Shown here piece by piece: positions 1-8,911 of a stretch of 64,000 nucleotides of DNA (its first letter is position 1; each line of letters opens with the position of its first letter). The translations under genes were made by a program, and so were the position numbers. Location of the stretch: positions 1,448 through 65,447 of the forward strand of contig CAZBAZ010000003.1 of the NCBI GenBank assembly GCA_964490375.1, in the 5' to 3' direction. A model generated the notes under the pieces. The model did no database searches, was not told the origin of the DNA, and saw nothing but the letters and a program-made list of their open reading frames with translations. Source of the stretch: an uncultured Clostridium sp. (GTDB taxonomy: Bacteria; Bacillota_I; Bacilli_A; RF39; UBA660).

Positions 1-180
1 TATTTCTTCCTTCATTTCTGGGGCAACTTCAACAAAATCACTTGTATCTACTTCAACATCTTGTGATAGACTTACAGACTCATCAATTTCAGATTGTGTT
101 CCAGTTACTGATTCATCTGCATTTTCAGAGGCTGTAAGTGCTGAAAATAATTTTGCCAAATCCATTTTAAATGTTCCCAT
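1..180 (-). CDS. hypothetical acidic protein, 5' part only (gene continues past the left edge)
   Basis: A minus-strand ATG at 178-180 opens MGTFKMDLAKLFSALTASENADESVTGTQSEIDESVSLSQDVEVDTSDFVEVAPEMKEEI..., and the frame stays open to base 1. It starts a few nt after the TGA of the 187-651 gene, whose 3' end (AAGGGAAGTGA) could serve as its SD. No family recognised. Confidence 0.45.
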   Translation of the reverse strand, partial: MGTFKMDLAKLFSALTASENADESVTGTQSEIDESVSLSQDVEVDTSDFVEVAPEMKEEI

Positions 181-186
181 TATTAA

Positions 187-651
187 TCACTTCCCTTTTT
201 TAGCTGCAGCAGCGGCTGCGGCTGCTGCAGCGGCGGCCTCTGCTGCTAATGCTTCTGCAAGTGCTACTGAAAGTCGTGCTATTAAATCAGTAAGGCTTTG
301 TATTTCTTGCTTAAGTTGTTCTATCTCTTCTGTTAACTCATCTATTCTTTTTTGTACTTTAACTTTTGTATTATCTACTATTTCTTTATTGTTAGACATT
401 TTATTTTTTCTTGCATTAATAGAATCAGTTCCTACTCCCACTCCATCTATTACACAGCCTTCATTCATGTTATCTACTACTTGCGAAAGGTTTTCTACAC
501 AATCAGTATAATTTGATGATATTGTACTTAAACTTTGCAATAATTGATAGCATTTCTCCAATTCTTTTTCATCTTTTCTCTTTTTTTCTTCTGCGGCTTC
601 TTTTTTTGCTTGTGCTGCTGCGATTGCTGCTCTTATTGCTGCTGAACTCAT
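187..651 (-). CDS. alanine-rich coiled-coil protein, unknown function
   Basis: 154-aa ORF with SD AAGGAGG upstream. Both termini are Ala-rich helices (N: SSAAIRAAIAAAQAKKEAAEEKK; C: LSVALAEALAAEAAAAAAAAAAAAAKKGK). There is a heptad-like segment, ELTEEIEQLKQEIQSLTDLIARL. It starts 12 nt after the stop of the 664-1791 ORF. Confidence 0.6.
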   Translation of the reverse strand: MSSAAIRAAIAAAQAKKEAAEEKKRKDEKELEKCYQLLQSLSTISSNYTDCVENLSQVVDNMNEGCVIDGVGVGTDSINARKNKMSNNKEIVDNTKVKVQKRIDELTEEIEQLKQEIQSLTDLIARLSVALAEALAAEAAAAAAAAAAAAKKGK

Positions 652-663
652 ATTTCCTCCTTA

Positions 664-1791
664 TTATAATGCATAACTATATTCTTCACTAACTTGCATA
701 TTGTCTAAATTACTTTTTGTATATGGACTTATTTTCAAATTTGAATTTCCTGTCAATGCATATCCAATTGCTGCATTATATGTATCTATAGTTGTATGTC
801 CAAGTCTTACAATGTTTTGTGCTTCCATTGTTTCCATATTTGAATATTCTAAATATTTAGTTGATAATTCATTAAATAATTCTTTACTCATTTCTTTTTC
901 ACAATGTATTGCAATTACTTTTGTATAACCTTCTCCACTATATGGTTCTAAAATCATTTTATAATATCCATTACCGTAACTATAAAGATAGCATAAAGCT
1001 CCTGCTTCATTTGTATCACTTCTTTGTGCTAAACATGCATACATTGGCCTGATTTTTTCTAACACGTCTTTTCTTTCTTCAACACTTAATATAAAGTTTT
1101 TTCTTTCTTCTGAACCAACACCACTCAAAGCATAATTTCTTGTTTCTCCACCAATTTTATCTGGTTCGGCAGGCGTATATGTTATTGTATCTAATTTTGT
1201 ACTTTCTATGAATTCCTTATTTAAATAATCAATATAATTAGTAATTTTAGAAAATGTATCATTAAACTCTTTTTTGGCATTTAACTCTTTTGAAAAAGAC
1301 GTATCTCTTTCTTTTAATTCTTTTGCTGTTCGCTTAACTAATACATCCATATATCTACCAACAATTTCTAATGATTTGCCGTCAGTTATATTGGGCATAG
1401 TTGTTTTTAATATTCTTTCAATTTCTTTTCTTTCATTTTCTAAATATTTATCAGAACATGCTCTTCTAAAAGCCTTATCCCAATACATTTTTGTGCATGG
1501 AAATGATATTTTAATATTTTTTATATCGTTTGATAGTAATAGCCTTGTTTTAATAGCATTTTTATGTTTATTATTTACTGTAGAAGCTATTAAACATATA
1601 TTATCATTATCATCATATGTAATCATATATTCTTTGTCAATTATACAATCATTAGTTGATATTTTTCTTATTTCTCTACTTATTGTCTCATTAAAATATT
1701 CTGGAAAATATTTCGAATTGACATAAACACTTCTAAAAGGAATACCATTTTTTCTTATATATTCATCTACTTGTTCTAATAAATTATCCAT
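664..1791 (-). CDS. hypothetical protein (375 aa), first gene of a 3-gene operon
   Basis: Long uninterrupted ORF with no recognisable motif. It is preceded by a ~200-nt AT-rich intergenic region lying downstream of the mtaB terminator, so it probably has its own promoter. Confidence 0.55.
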   Translation of the reverse strand: MDNLLEQVDEYIRKNGIPFRSVYVNSKYFPEYFNETISREIRKISTNDCIIDKEYMITYDDNDNICLIASTVNNKHKNAIKTRLLLSNDIKNIKISFPCTKMYWDKAFRRACSDKYLENERKEIERILKTTMPNITDGKSLEIVGRYMDVLVKRTAKELKERDTSFSKELNAKKEFNDTFSKITNYIDYLNKEFIESTKLDTITYTPAEPDKIGGETRNYALSGVGSEERKNFILSVEERKDVLEKIRPMYACLAQRSDTNEAGALCYLYSYGNGYYKMILEPYSGEGYTKVIAIHCEKEMSKELFNELSTKYLEYSNMETMEAQNIVRLGHTTIDTYNAAIGYALTGNSNLKISPYTKSNLDNMQVSEEYSYAL

Positions 1792-1943
1792 ATTTTTTAT
1801 CCTACTTTCTTTAAAAATTATAGCATATTAAAGTGAAATAAAAAAGTTTTTTGATTAAAATTATTTTTTAAATTATTTTTTTAATTATATGATGTTTTTT
1901 ATTTCAATATTATTTTGCATTAATAATCATATAATAAATGCAA

Positions 1944-1971
1944 AATAAAAAATTCCTTTATTTTAGGAATC
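1944..1971 (-). terminator. intrinsic terminator downstream of mtaB
   Basis: On the minus strand the sequence reads GATTCCTaaaataaAGGAATtttttatttt: a 6-7 bp stem followed by a T-run, about 30 nt after the mtaB stop. Confidence 0.5.
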
Positions 1972-2000
1972 TTTTAAAATATAGATTGTGATAAATTATT

Positions 2001-3269
2001 CTATTTCATATCAAAGTTAATGTTTTCTTTTTTTAATTCTATATTATATAGTTCATTTAATTTATAGTTTCCTTTTAATTTTATTGGAATATAATTGCTT
2101 GTAAATCCATGATAAAATCCATCTTCTTTTTGTTCTTCAATTAGTACTTCTACTGTTTTTCCAATGAATTTTTTGAAATATTCTTTTTCGAGTTCATTTG
2201 ATAAATCTATTAATTTTCTAACTCTTTCTTTTTTTATGTTACCTGGAATTTTATCTTTCATTCTTGAAGCTACAGTTCCATTTCTATCTGAATATGGGAA
2301 AACATGTATTTTTGAAAAACCAATTTCTTTACAAAATTTTAAAGTATCATCGAAGTCTTCTTCTGTTTCTCCTGGAAATCCAACAATAACATCCGTAGAT
2401 AATGAAATGCCTTCTCTTAGATTTCTTATTTTGTCAACCATTTCTTTGAAATAAGTTGTATCATATCTTCTATTCATTAGTTTTAATATATGATTGTTTC
2501 CTGCTTGAAGTGGTATGTGTAAATGAGATACAAATGTTTTATTATTTTTAATTATATCCATCATTTTATCATCTAATTCTACTATTTCCACTGATGAAAG
2601 TCTTATTCTTTTTATTAAATTGTTTTTTGACATTTCATTTATTAAATCAGATAATCTTAAACCATTAGAATTATATTGACCAGTGTGTATTCCTGATAAA
2701 ACAATTTCTTTATGTCCTGATAAAGTTAAATCATTTACTTCCATAATACATTTATTAAATTCTTTACTTCTAACTCTACCTCTGACATATGGAATAATAC
2801 AATAAGTGCAAAAATTATTACATCCATCTTCAATTTTGATAAATGCTCTATGATGATGTGAATATTTTTTTATTTCCATATCTTCAAAATCTGCTTTACT
2901 CATATCTTCAAAATCTATTATTCTTTCATGATTTTGTTCATATGTTTTTAAATACTTTAATATTTTTGATTTATTTTTATTACCTATAATAATATCTGCA
3001 TTTATTAATTCTCCAATATTTTCATTTCTAAATTGACAAAAACATCCCATCGCTATTACTAATGCATTAGGATTATTTTTTTTAATATTATTAATTACTT
3101 GTTTACTTTTATTATCTGCTGTATTTGTAACAGTACATGTATTTACTATGCAAATATCTGCATTTTCTTCTACTTCTTGATAATTCTCGTTTAAAAGCAA
3201 ATTTCTTACGAATTCACTTTCGTAAGAATTAACTTTACAGCCGAGAGTTTTTATATAAAATGTTTTCAT
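2001..3269 (-). CDS. mtaB: tRNA methylthiotransferase MtaB (radical SAM, MiaB-like)
   Basis: N-terminal UPF0004 pattern MKTFYIKTLGCKVNSYESE, radical-SAM box CNNFCTYCIIPYVRG, and a C-terminal TRAM-like region. Synteny with rsmE matches the Bacillus yqeU-yqeV arrangement. Its start overlaps the upstream stop (TAATG). Confidence 0.85.
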   Translation of the reverse strand: MKTFYIKTLGCKVNSYESEFVRNLLLNENYQEVEENADICIVNTCTVTNTADNKSKQVINNIKKNNPNALVIAMGCFCQFRNENIGELINADIIIGNKNKSKILKYLKTYEQNHERIIDFEDMSKADFEDMEIKKYSHHHRAFIKIEDGCNNFCTYCIIPYVRGRVRSKEFNKCIMEVNDLTLSGHKEIVLSGIHTGQYNSNGLRLSDLINEMSKNNLIKRIRLSSVEIVELDDKMMDIIKNNKTFVSHLHIPLQAGNNHILKLMNRRYDTTYFKEMVDKIRNLREGISLSTDVIVGFPGETEEDFDDTLKFCKEIGFSKIHVFPYSDRNGTVASRMKDKIPGNIKKERVRKLIDLSNELEKEYFKKFIGKTVEVLIEEQKEDGFYHGFTSNYIPIKLKGNYKLNELYNIELKKENINFDMK

Positions 3270-3955
3270 TATAATGACACCCTGAATTCTTTAAGTATTT
3301 TTAAAAATTCTTCCTCCTCCAAATAATTTTGTGGTGCGCTAATTTCTTTTTGATTAATCTCGATTTTATTAATTTTTGGTGCACCTTTACTTGCTGATTC
3401 ATTTTTATATGAAAGAGTTATATTTGAAGCATTTTTTAATAGTTGTTCATAACTAATAATTGCTTTCTTTTCTTGATCTTCTTCATATCTTTGAATAGCT
3501 GCTTGATTATCAGATAGACCTAGTGTTTCCATTCTTTCTCTTGTTCTTTTTTCTAGTTCTTCTGCTGATATAACAGCATTTTCTTCTTCACTATTTTCAT
3601 AGTCTTCAATGACATCGTCATATGTTTTGATATTTGGTATATCTATTTGCTTTATTAATGGTTTATTTTCATCAAACAATTCTTCTTTACTTGTTGCTTT
3701 TAGTGATTCTAATTCTTCTAATACATCATTATGTTCTTCTGTCTTTGTTGGAATAGTATTTTCAGTTGCTTTATCTAGATATTCAACATTATTTTTTGAC
3801 TCCAATGCATCTTTGTATTCTTCCCTTGATTTCATTAATGCAATTATTAGTACAACTAGTATTATTAACACTATTACTAAAAACACTAAAAAATAATCGC
3901 TTGTCAAAAATGCACTTAAAAAATCATCTATATTACTATTACTCATTATTATCAC
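3269..3955 (-). CDS. hypothetical single-pass membrane protein with acidic C-terminal region
   Basis: N-terminal TM segment YFLVFLVIVLIILVVLIIALM followed by an E/D/K-rich soluble region. It overlaps rsmE by 17 nt and mtaB by 1 nt, so it belongs to the same operon. Confidence 0.55.
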   Translation of the reverse strand: MIIMSNSNIDDFLSAFLTSDYFLVFLVIVLIILVVLIIALMKSREEYKDALESKNNVEYLDKATENTIPTKTEEHNDVLEELESLKATSKEELFDENKPLIKQIDIPNIKTYDDVIEDYENSEEENAVISAEELEKRTRERMETLGLSDNQAAIQRYEEDQEKKAIISYEQLLKNASNITLSYKNESASKGAPKINKIEINQKEISAPQNYLEEEEFLKILKEFRVSL

Positions 3956-4658
3956 TTTCCTTCAAATATTTTAGTATTGAAGCTATCATTAAAGGAACAG
4001 TTTCTGTTCTTAAAACATCATTTCCAAGAGAGGTTTTGATGTAACCCTTTTCCACTAATAATTGTTCTTCAATAGTACTTAGCCCTCCTTCTGGACCAAA
4101 TACTATATTAATTTTATCATTGCAGTTTTCTCTTGTTAATACTTGACATATACTTTTGACATCAATTTTGTCAAGTGAACACATTATATTTACATTTCCT
4201 ATACTTTCAATATTTTTAGAATTTATGATTTTTTCTAGTTTAGGTTTATGAATTCTATATGATTGTTCTGCCGCTTCTTTTATAATTTTATTCCACCTAG
4301 TAAGTTTCTTTTGATAGTCTTTTTGAGGTAGTTTATATTTGCAATGCTGATATTCTACTACTATAAATTCTGTTACTCCTAATTCTGTTCCATGCTGGAA
4401 TATAAAACTCATTTTTTCTTCATTTAAAAGTGGCACATGAACAATAAATTCCGTTTCAATTTTAGTTTCTTTAAATACTTCAATTATATCAGCATTAGTT
4501 AATTCATGATTTAATGAACAAATATAACTTTTATCATCATATACAACAATGATTTTATCGTTTTCTTTCATTCTCATTACATTTTTTATATGATTTAAAT
4601 CTTCTATATGCAAGTATAATGTATTATCTTTCTTATGCGAAGCAAAATATTGTTGCAT
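3939..4658 (-). CDS. rsmE: 16S rRNA (uracil1498-N3)-methyltransferase RsmE
   Basis: MQQYFASHK... N-terminus and the C-terminal SPOUT motif VFGPEGGLSTIEE...LGNDVLRTETVPL. Length (239 aa) is typical of the family. Confidence 0.8.
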   Translation of the reverse strand: MQQYFASHKKDNTLYLHIEDLNHIKNVMRMKENDKIIVVYDDKSYICSLNHELTNADIIEVFKETKIETEFIVHVPLLNEEKMSFIFQHGTELGVTEFIVVEYQHCKYKLPQKDYQKKLTRWNKIIKEAAEQSYRIHKPKLEKIINSKNIESIGNVNIMCSLDKIDVKSICQVLTRENCNDKINIVFGPEGGLSTIEEQLLVEKGYIKTSLGNDVLRTETVPLMIASILKYLKESDNNE

Positions 4659-4669
4659 AGAATTCCTCC

Positions 4670-4924
4670 CTATTTTAAATATACTATTGTTTCTCCATCA
4701 TTATAATTATTTATTTTATAATCTAATACTCTTTTGTCATGCTTTAGATATTCAAGTGTTGCATGTTTTAATACTCCTGTACCTTTTCCATGTACAACTA
4801 CTATCTTTTTTATATCTAATTTTAAATTATTATCTATGAAGTTATTTACTATAGCCATAGCTCCATATCTATCATACCCATGAATGTCAATGTGTGGAAC
4901 ATTATATAAAAATGGATCAATCAT
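4670..4924 (-). CDS. Smr-domain protein (small MutS-related)
   Basis: DIHGYDRYGAMAIV...VVVHGKGTGVLK matches the Smr pattern (DLHG...HGKGTG). I place the start at the ATG at 4924 because AAAAGGTGA lies 6 nt upstream. The track ORF extends further, to 4981. Confidence 0.7.
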   Translation of the reverse strand: MIDPFLYNVPHIDIHGYDRYGAMAIVNNFIDNNLKLDIKKIVVVHGKGTGVLKHATLEYLKHDKRVLDYKINNYNDGETIVYLK

Positions 4925-5045
4925 TTTTGTCACCTTTTCTTTTTTCACGACTATTATAGACAATAACTTATTAAAATACAATATAAATTTAATGAAGATA
5001 CAATTTTATTGTAAATTAAAAAACTCATTTCTGAGTCTTTAATAA

Positions 5046-5576
5046 TTATTTCTTTAAAGCATTAATTAAATCACTTTTTTTCATAGCAGAAGTAATTTCA
5101 ATTCCAGCTTTTTCACATTCTGCTTTTAATTCAGCAACTGTTAATTTAGCATAATCTTTAGCTGCTTCTACAGCCTTTTCAACTTTCTTTTCTACTTTTT
5201 CAGCAACAGTTGTTGTTTTTCCTTCTAAAGCATCTTTAGATAGTTTAACTAATTTTGTAAATTCTTCTGGAGCAAAAATAGCTAATTCGCTAAGCATTTT
5301 TCTATTGATATCTATATTTGCTTTTTTAAGACCATTAATGAATTTTGAATAAACGATATCATTTGCTCTACAAGCAGCATTGATTCTTGTAATCCATAAT
5401 TTTCTAAAGTCATTTGCTCTTTTCTTTCTATCATTGAAGCTATATGCTCCACTATGGAATAATTGTTCTTGAGCAGTCTTATATAATCTATGTTTGCTTC
5501 CAAAATAACCTTTAGCTCTTTTTAATACTTTTCTTCTTCTGTTTTTAGAAACAGTTCCACCTTTAACTCTTGTCAT
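5046..5576 (-). CDS. rplT: 50S ribosomal protein L20 with ~57-aa C-terminal extension
   Basis: [33 protein letters not shown]...[10 protein letters not shown] is canonical L20. The ORF runs to 176 aa, ending ...[32 protein letters not shown]. Confidence 0.9.
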   Translation of the reverse strand: MTRVKGGTVSKNRRRKVLKRAKGYFGSKHRLYKTAQEQLFHSGAYSFNDRKKRANDFRKLWITRINAACRANDIVYSKFINGLKKANIDINRKMLSELAIFAPEEFTKLVKLSKDALEGKTTTVAEKVEKKVEKAVEAAKDYAKLTVAELKAECEKAGIEITSAMKKSDLINALKK

Positions 5577-5589
5577 TTATACTTCCCCC

Positions 5590-5781
5590 TTATTTAACTA
5601 GTCCTTTGTATCTTTTAGCATCTCCAGTGCTTAATACAGAACCCTTTCTTGCTTTTCTATTGAAGTCAGTAGCCTTCTTTCCACTATTGTGATTAGCACC
5701 TACATGTCCGATTTTTGTTGAGCCTGAGTTTCTAACCTTTATTTTTTTACTAATTCCACCATGTGATTTCATTTTTGGCAT
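5590..5781 (-). CDS. rpmI: 50S ribosomal protein L35
   Basis: MPKMKSHGGISKKIKVRNSGSTKIGH... (63 aa), located between infC and rplT. Confidence 0.9.
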   Translation of the reverse strand: MPKMKSHGGISKKIKVRNSGSTKIGHVGANHNSGKKATDFNRKARKGSVLSTGDAKRYKGLVK

Positions 5782-5816
5782 AATTACATCTTCCTTTCTT
5801 TTATACTTCTATATTT

Positions 5817-6341
5817 CTATTTTTTTGGTGTTAAGAATAGTTGCATACTTCTACCCTCCATTTTAGGCATAGTTTCAATATCAGATACATCTGAAAGTCT
5901 TTCAGCAAATCTCATAATAACATCTTTACCTAATTCTGGATGAGCAAGTTGTCTTCCCTTAAATCTAACAGCAACCTTTATTTTATGGCCTTTTTCCAAG
6001 TAAGCTTTTGCATTTCTTAATTTTGTTTCAAAATCTCCAACATCAATTGTTACACTAAGTCTATATTCTTTAGTTTCAAGATTTTGTTCCCTTTGTCTTT
6101 TTTTTGCCTCTTTTACTTGTTTTTGCTTTTCATAACGATATTTGTTATAATCAATTATCTTACACACTGGATTTTTAGGATCTGCATTTAGTAATACTAA
6201 ATCTAAACCAGCATATTTAGATAGTGTTAAAGCATCATTTATTTTTTTGATGCCCATTTTTTCTCCATTAGGTCCGATTACCATAACCTCAGGAATAGTT
6301 ATTTGTTCATTAATTAGAACATCATTACCTTGCTTAGCTAT
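5817..6341 (-). CDS. infC: translation initiation factor IF-3 (probable ATA start)
   Basis: LINEQITIPEVMVIGPNGEKMGIKK...LDLVLL...KEYRLSVTIDVGDFETK is typical IF-3. A perfect SD, GGAGGTG (6348-6354), sits 6 nt upstream of ATA (6339-6341). The upstream ATG at 6354-6356 lies inside that SD and has no SD of its own. Confidence 0.85.
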   Translation of the reverse strand: MAKQGNDVLINEQITIPEVMVIGPNGEKMGIKKINDALTLSKYAGLDLVLLNADPKNPVCKIIDYNKYRYEKQKQVKEAKKRQREQNLETKEYRLSVTIDVGDFETKLRNAKAYLEKGHKIKVAVRFKGRQLAHPELGKDVIMRFAERLSDVSDIETMPKMEGRSMQLFLTPKK

Positions 6342-6356
6342 TGCTAACACCTCCAT

Positions 6357-6500
6357 ATTTACATTTAAAAAAGTGAACCTGAGTCCACTTTAAAAACATA
6401 TTTAATATTAAATTATAAATAAGCTTTTATACCAATGTACCTTTACATCTGGTGAAGAGTGGAGCTCTTTCTTTCTTTTTCAACAAGTTAGATTATATAT
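6357..6500 (-). promoter_or_regulatory. infC leader with terminator/attenuator hairpin (L20-leader-like)
   Basis: Just upstream of infC the minus strand reads AAAGTGGAC-TCAG-GTTCACTTTTTT (6367-6391): a 9-bp stem, a 4-nt loop and a U-tract. This fits the Firmicutes L20-dependent attenuation leader. The 5' boundary is approximate. Confidence 0.5.
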
Positions 6501-6562
6501 TATTAACACATATTTGTCAACTAATTATCATTTAATTTTTGACATTTTTTAAAATTTTTCAT

Positions 6563-7264
6563 TTATTTTTTGAATTTATTTAATTTTTTTACTTTTGATG
6601 ATAATATTTTTTTATCATATTCTTTTGTATATTCTATGGCTTCTTCAAAGTTTTTGAATGTAGATTCTTCTATATTTAGATTTATTCCTTTACTTTTTAG
6701 TTCATTAGATATATCAAATAATGTTGTTAAATTACTTTCTGGTATTTCTTTTAGAGATGGAATTTCATTTGTATCTAAAACTAGGCTCAATGTTTTTATA
6801 CCATCAATACCATAATATATTCTGTGTACTATTCTTTTTTCACTTTTGTTTTCTGTTACAATATTTAGTCTTAAAAAGTATCCCATTTGATACTCTAAAT
6901 CATAATATTTTTCATATTCATCATATGATTTTGATATTATTTCAGAAAATTTAATTGAAGTGTGATCTTCCGGATAAATTTCTATTCTATTTCTATCCTG
7001 TATTATAGTTGATTTTCTTCCCCAAATTTGAAGTGGAACTATATGTGAATTACCTTTTGTCAATCTATTATAGTTTGCATATATTGAATGAGTTAATTTT
7101 GTATAAAAAGTATCTATAATATTTGCTTCTATAAATATACTAAATGGTTCTTTAGTGTCAATTATTTCTTCTAATAATATTTTCCCTTCTTTTCCTAAAT
7201 ATGGAAGTTTACTTGTAAAATCATTAAAGTTTTGCTCATTATCATTTTCTTTTTTTAATATCAT
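6563..7264 (-). CDS. hypothetical protein (233 aa)
   Basis: Clean ORF with no recognisable motif. Confidence 0.5.
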   Translation of the reverse strand: MILKKENDNEQNFNDFTSKLPYLGKEGKILLEEIIDTKEPFSIFIEANIIDTFYTKLTHSIYANYNRLTKGNSHIVPLQIWGRKSTIIQDRNRIEIYPEDHTSIKFSEIISKSYDEYEKYYDLEYQMGYFLRLNIVTENKSEKRIVHRIYYGIDGIKTLSLVLDTNEIPSLKEIPESNLTTLFDISNELKSKGINLNIEESTFKNFEEAIEYTKEYDKKILSSKVKKLNKFKK

Positions 7265-7337
7265 TTTTTGTTCCTTTCTAATAATATTATATTTCGCTTT
7301 ATTTACTTGTATTATAGCATATATGTACCAAGAGTCA

Positions 7338-7362
7338 ATAAAAACGCCCTTTTTAGGGCGCC
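7338..7362 (-). terminator. intrinsic terminator downstream of proS
   Basis: The minus strand reads CGCCCTaaaaAGGGCGttttta: a GC-rich 6-bp stem plus a T-run. This is one of the few GC-rich hairpins in the window. Confidence 0.6.
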
Positions 7363-7489
7363 TTAGAATAGTCGTATTTAAATTATAAAAACATGTAAGT
7401 AATATTTTATATTATTAACACATCACCTTTCCTTTCTAACAATTTAATTATAGAATTCTTATGTGTTAATTTTATGAACTCAATGTGAA

Positions 7490-8911
7490 TTAATATTGAA
7501 TTCCCCAAACTACTTTATGTTTTGCTTTTTCCCCACATACAACACATTTTTCATCTTCATAATCTTTAGTTTCAACTATACATCTTGATTTAGTTCCCTT
7601 AATTTCTTTCATCTTAAGTTCACATTCTTCTTTACCACACCAATGTGCGTTTACAAATCCTGGATGATTCTCCATTATTTCTTTAACTTCGTCTAATGTT
7701 TTAGCATCGTATGTTTTTTCTTTCATATTTTTTAGAGCTTTATTATATAGATTATTTTGAATATCTTCTAAGGTTTGAATTACTTTATTTGTTACATCAT
7801 TTAGTTTAACGCTCTCTTTTTCATTTGTATCTCTTCTTACTATTGTAACACTATTATTTTCTAAATCTTTATAACCAATTTCTATTCTAAGAGGGATACC
7901 ATTAACCTCAGCTTCTGCAAATTTAAATCCAGCACTTTTATCGCTTTCATCTACATAAGCAGTTATATCTTTTGCTATTAAATTTTCTCTTATTTTAAAT
8001 GCTAGAGATAGTAATTTTTCATCATTTTTGATTGGAATAATGCATACTTGTCTTGGCGCAATTTTAGGTGGTAAAACAAGTCCTTGATCGTCTGAATGTG
8101 TCATTATAAGTGCTCCTATCATTCTAGTTGAAGCACCCCATGATGTTTGATAACAATATTCAAATTCGTTATTTTTATTTATAAATTTAACATCGTATGC
8201 TTTAGAAAATTTTTGCCCAAAATAGTGACTAGTTCCAGATTGAAGGCAAACTCCGTTTTGCATTAAAGCTTCTATTGTCATTGTATATTCTGCTCCAGCA
8301 AATTTTTCTTTTTCTGTTTTTCTTCCTGTTAAAACTGGTATAGCTAAATATTTTTCAAAGAATTCTTTATATACATTTAACATTCTTAATGTTTCTGCTT
8401 CTGCTTCTTCTTTTGTAGAATGTACTGTGTGTCCTTCTTGCCATAAAAATTCTCTACTTCTTAAAAATGGTCTTGTTTCTTTTTCCCATCTTACTACATT
8501 ACACCATTGATTATATAATTTTGGTAAATCTCTATATGATTTAACAGATTTACTATAGTAATCACAAAATAACGATTCACTTGTTGGACGAAATGCTAAT
8601 CTTTCTTCTAATTTGTTATTTCCGCCTTCAGTAATCCAAGCTACTTCTGGCGCAAATCCACTTACTAGTTCTCCTTCTTTTTTTAATAAATTTTCTGGAA
8701 TAAATACAGGTAAACTTACATTTTGATGTCCTGTTTCTTTAAACATTTTATCCATATTTTTTTGAATACTTTCCCAAATTGCATATCCATTCGGTTCTAA
8801 AATAACGCATCCTTTAACGCTGGAGTAATCTGCTAGTTTTGCTGCTTTTACTACATCAGTGTACCATTTAGCAAAGTCTACACTTCTTAATGTTATTTTC
8901 TCATTTTTCAT
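7490..8911 (-). CDS. proS: prolyl-tRNA synthetase, short archaeal/eukaryote-like type
   Basis: 473 aa with class II motifs (FRPTSE, REFLWQEGHT). It has no bacterial INS editing insertion. The C-terminal Cys cluster is HWCGKEECE...CVVCGEKA...GIQY, ending in Tyr. A proline T-box lies upstream. Confidence 0.9.
   Translation of the reverse strand: MKNEKITLRSVDFAKWYTDVVKAAKLADYSSVKGCVILEPNGYAIWESIQKNMDKMFKETGHQNVSLPVFIPENLLKKEGELVSGFAPEVAWITEGGNNKLEERLAFRPTSESLFCDYYSKSVKSYRDLPKLYNQWCNVVRWEKETRPFLRSREFLWQEGHTVHSTKEEAEAETLRMLNVYKEFFEKYLAIPVLTGRKTEKEKFAGAEYTMTIEALMQNGVCLQSGTSHYFGQKFSKAYDVKFINKNNEFEYCYQTSWGASTRMIGALIMTHSDDQGLVLPPKIAPRQVCIIPIKNDEKLLSLAFKIRENLIAKDITAYVDESDKSAGFKFAEAEVNGIPLRIEIGYKDLENNSVTIVRRDTNEKESVKLNDVTNKVIQTLEDIQNNLYNKALKNMKEKTYDAKTLDEVKEIMENHPGFVNAHWCGKEECELKMKEIKGTKSRCIVETKDYEDEKCVVCGEKAKHKVVWGIQY

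Noticed and set aside
187-651. Interpreting the Ala-rich coiled-coil protein as a T7SS/LXG accessory (DUF5082/Lap-like) protein and the operon as a toxin module.
   Set aside because: I saw no LXG, WXG100, EssC or other T7SS components in the window. The downstream partial protein does not start like an LXG domain. Similarity is limited to size and coiled-coil character.
701-1726. Plus-strand ORFs in the track lying antisense to real genes, for example 701-928 and 1274-1726. Similar ones occur throughout (2164-2454, 3609-4044, 6570-7388, 9331-9630, 9953-10785, 28091-29581, 41891-43203, 45798-46433, 50444-50824 and others).
   Set aside because: They lie entirely within, and opposite to, longer ORFs that have clear homology or SD sites. 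Their translations are low-complexity (F/L/I/S-rich), as expected from reading AT-rich coding DNA backwards. No SD or promoter evidence.
5312-5503. 63-aa minus-strand ORF nested inside rplT in another frame.
   Set aside because: It is embedded in the highly conserved L20 coding sequence, with no SD and no recognisable product.
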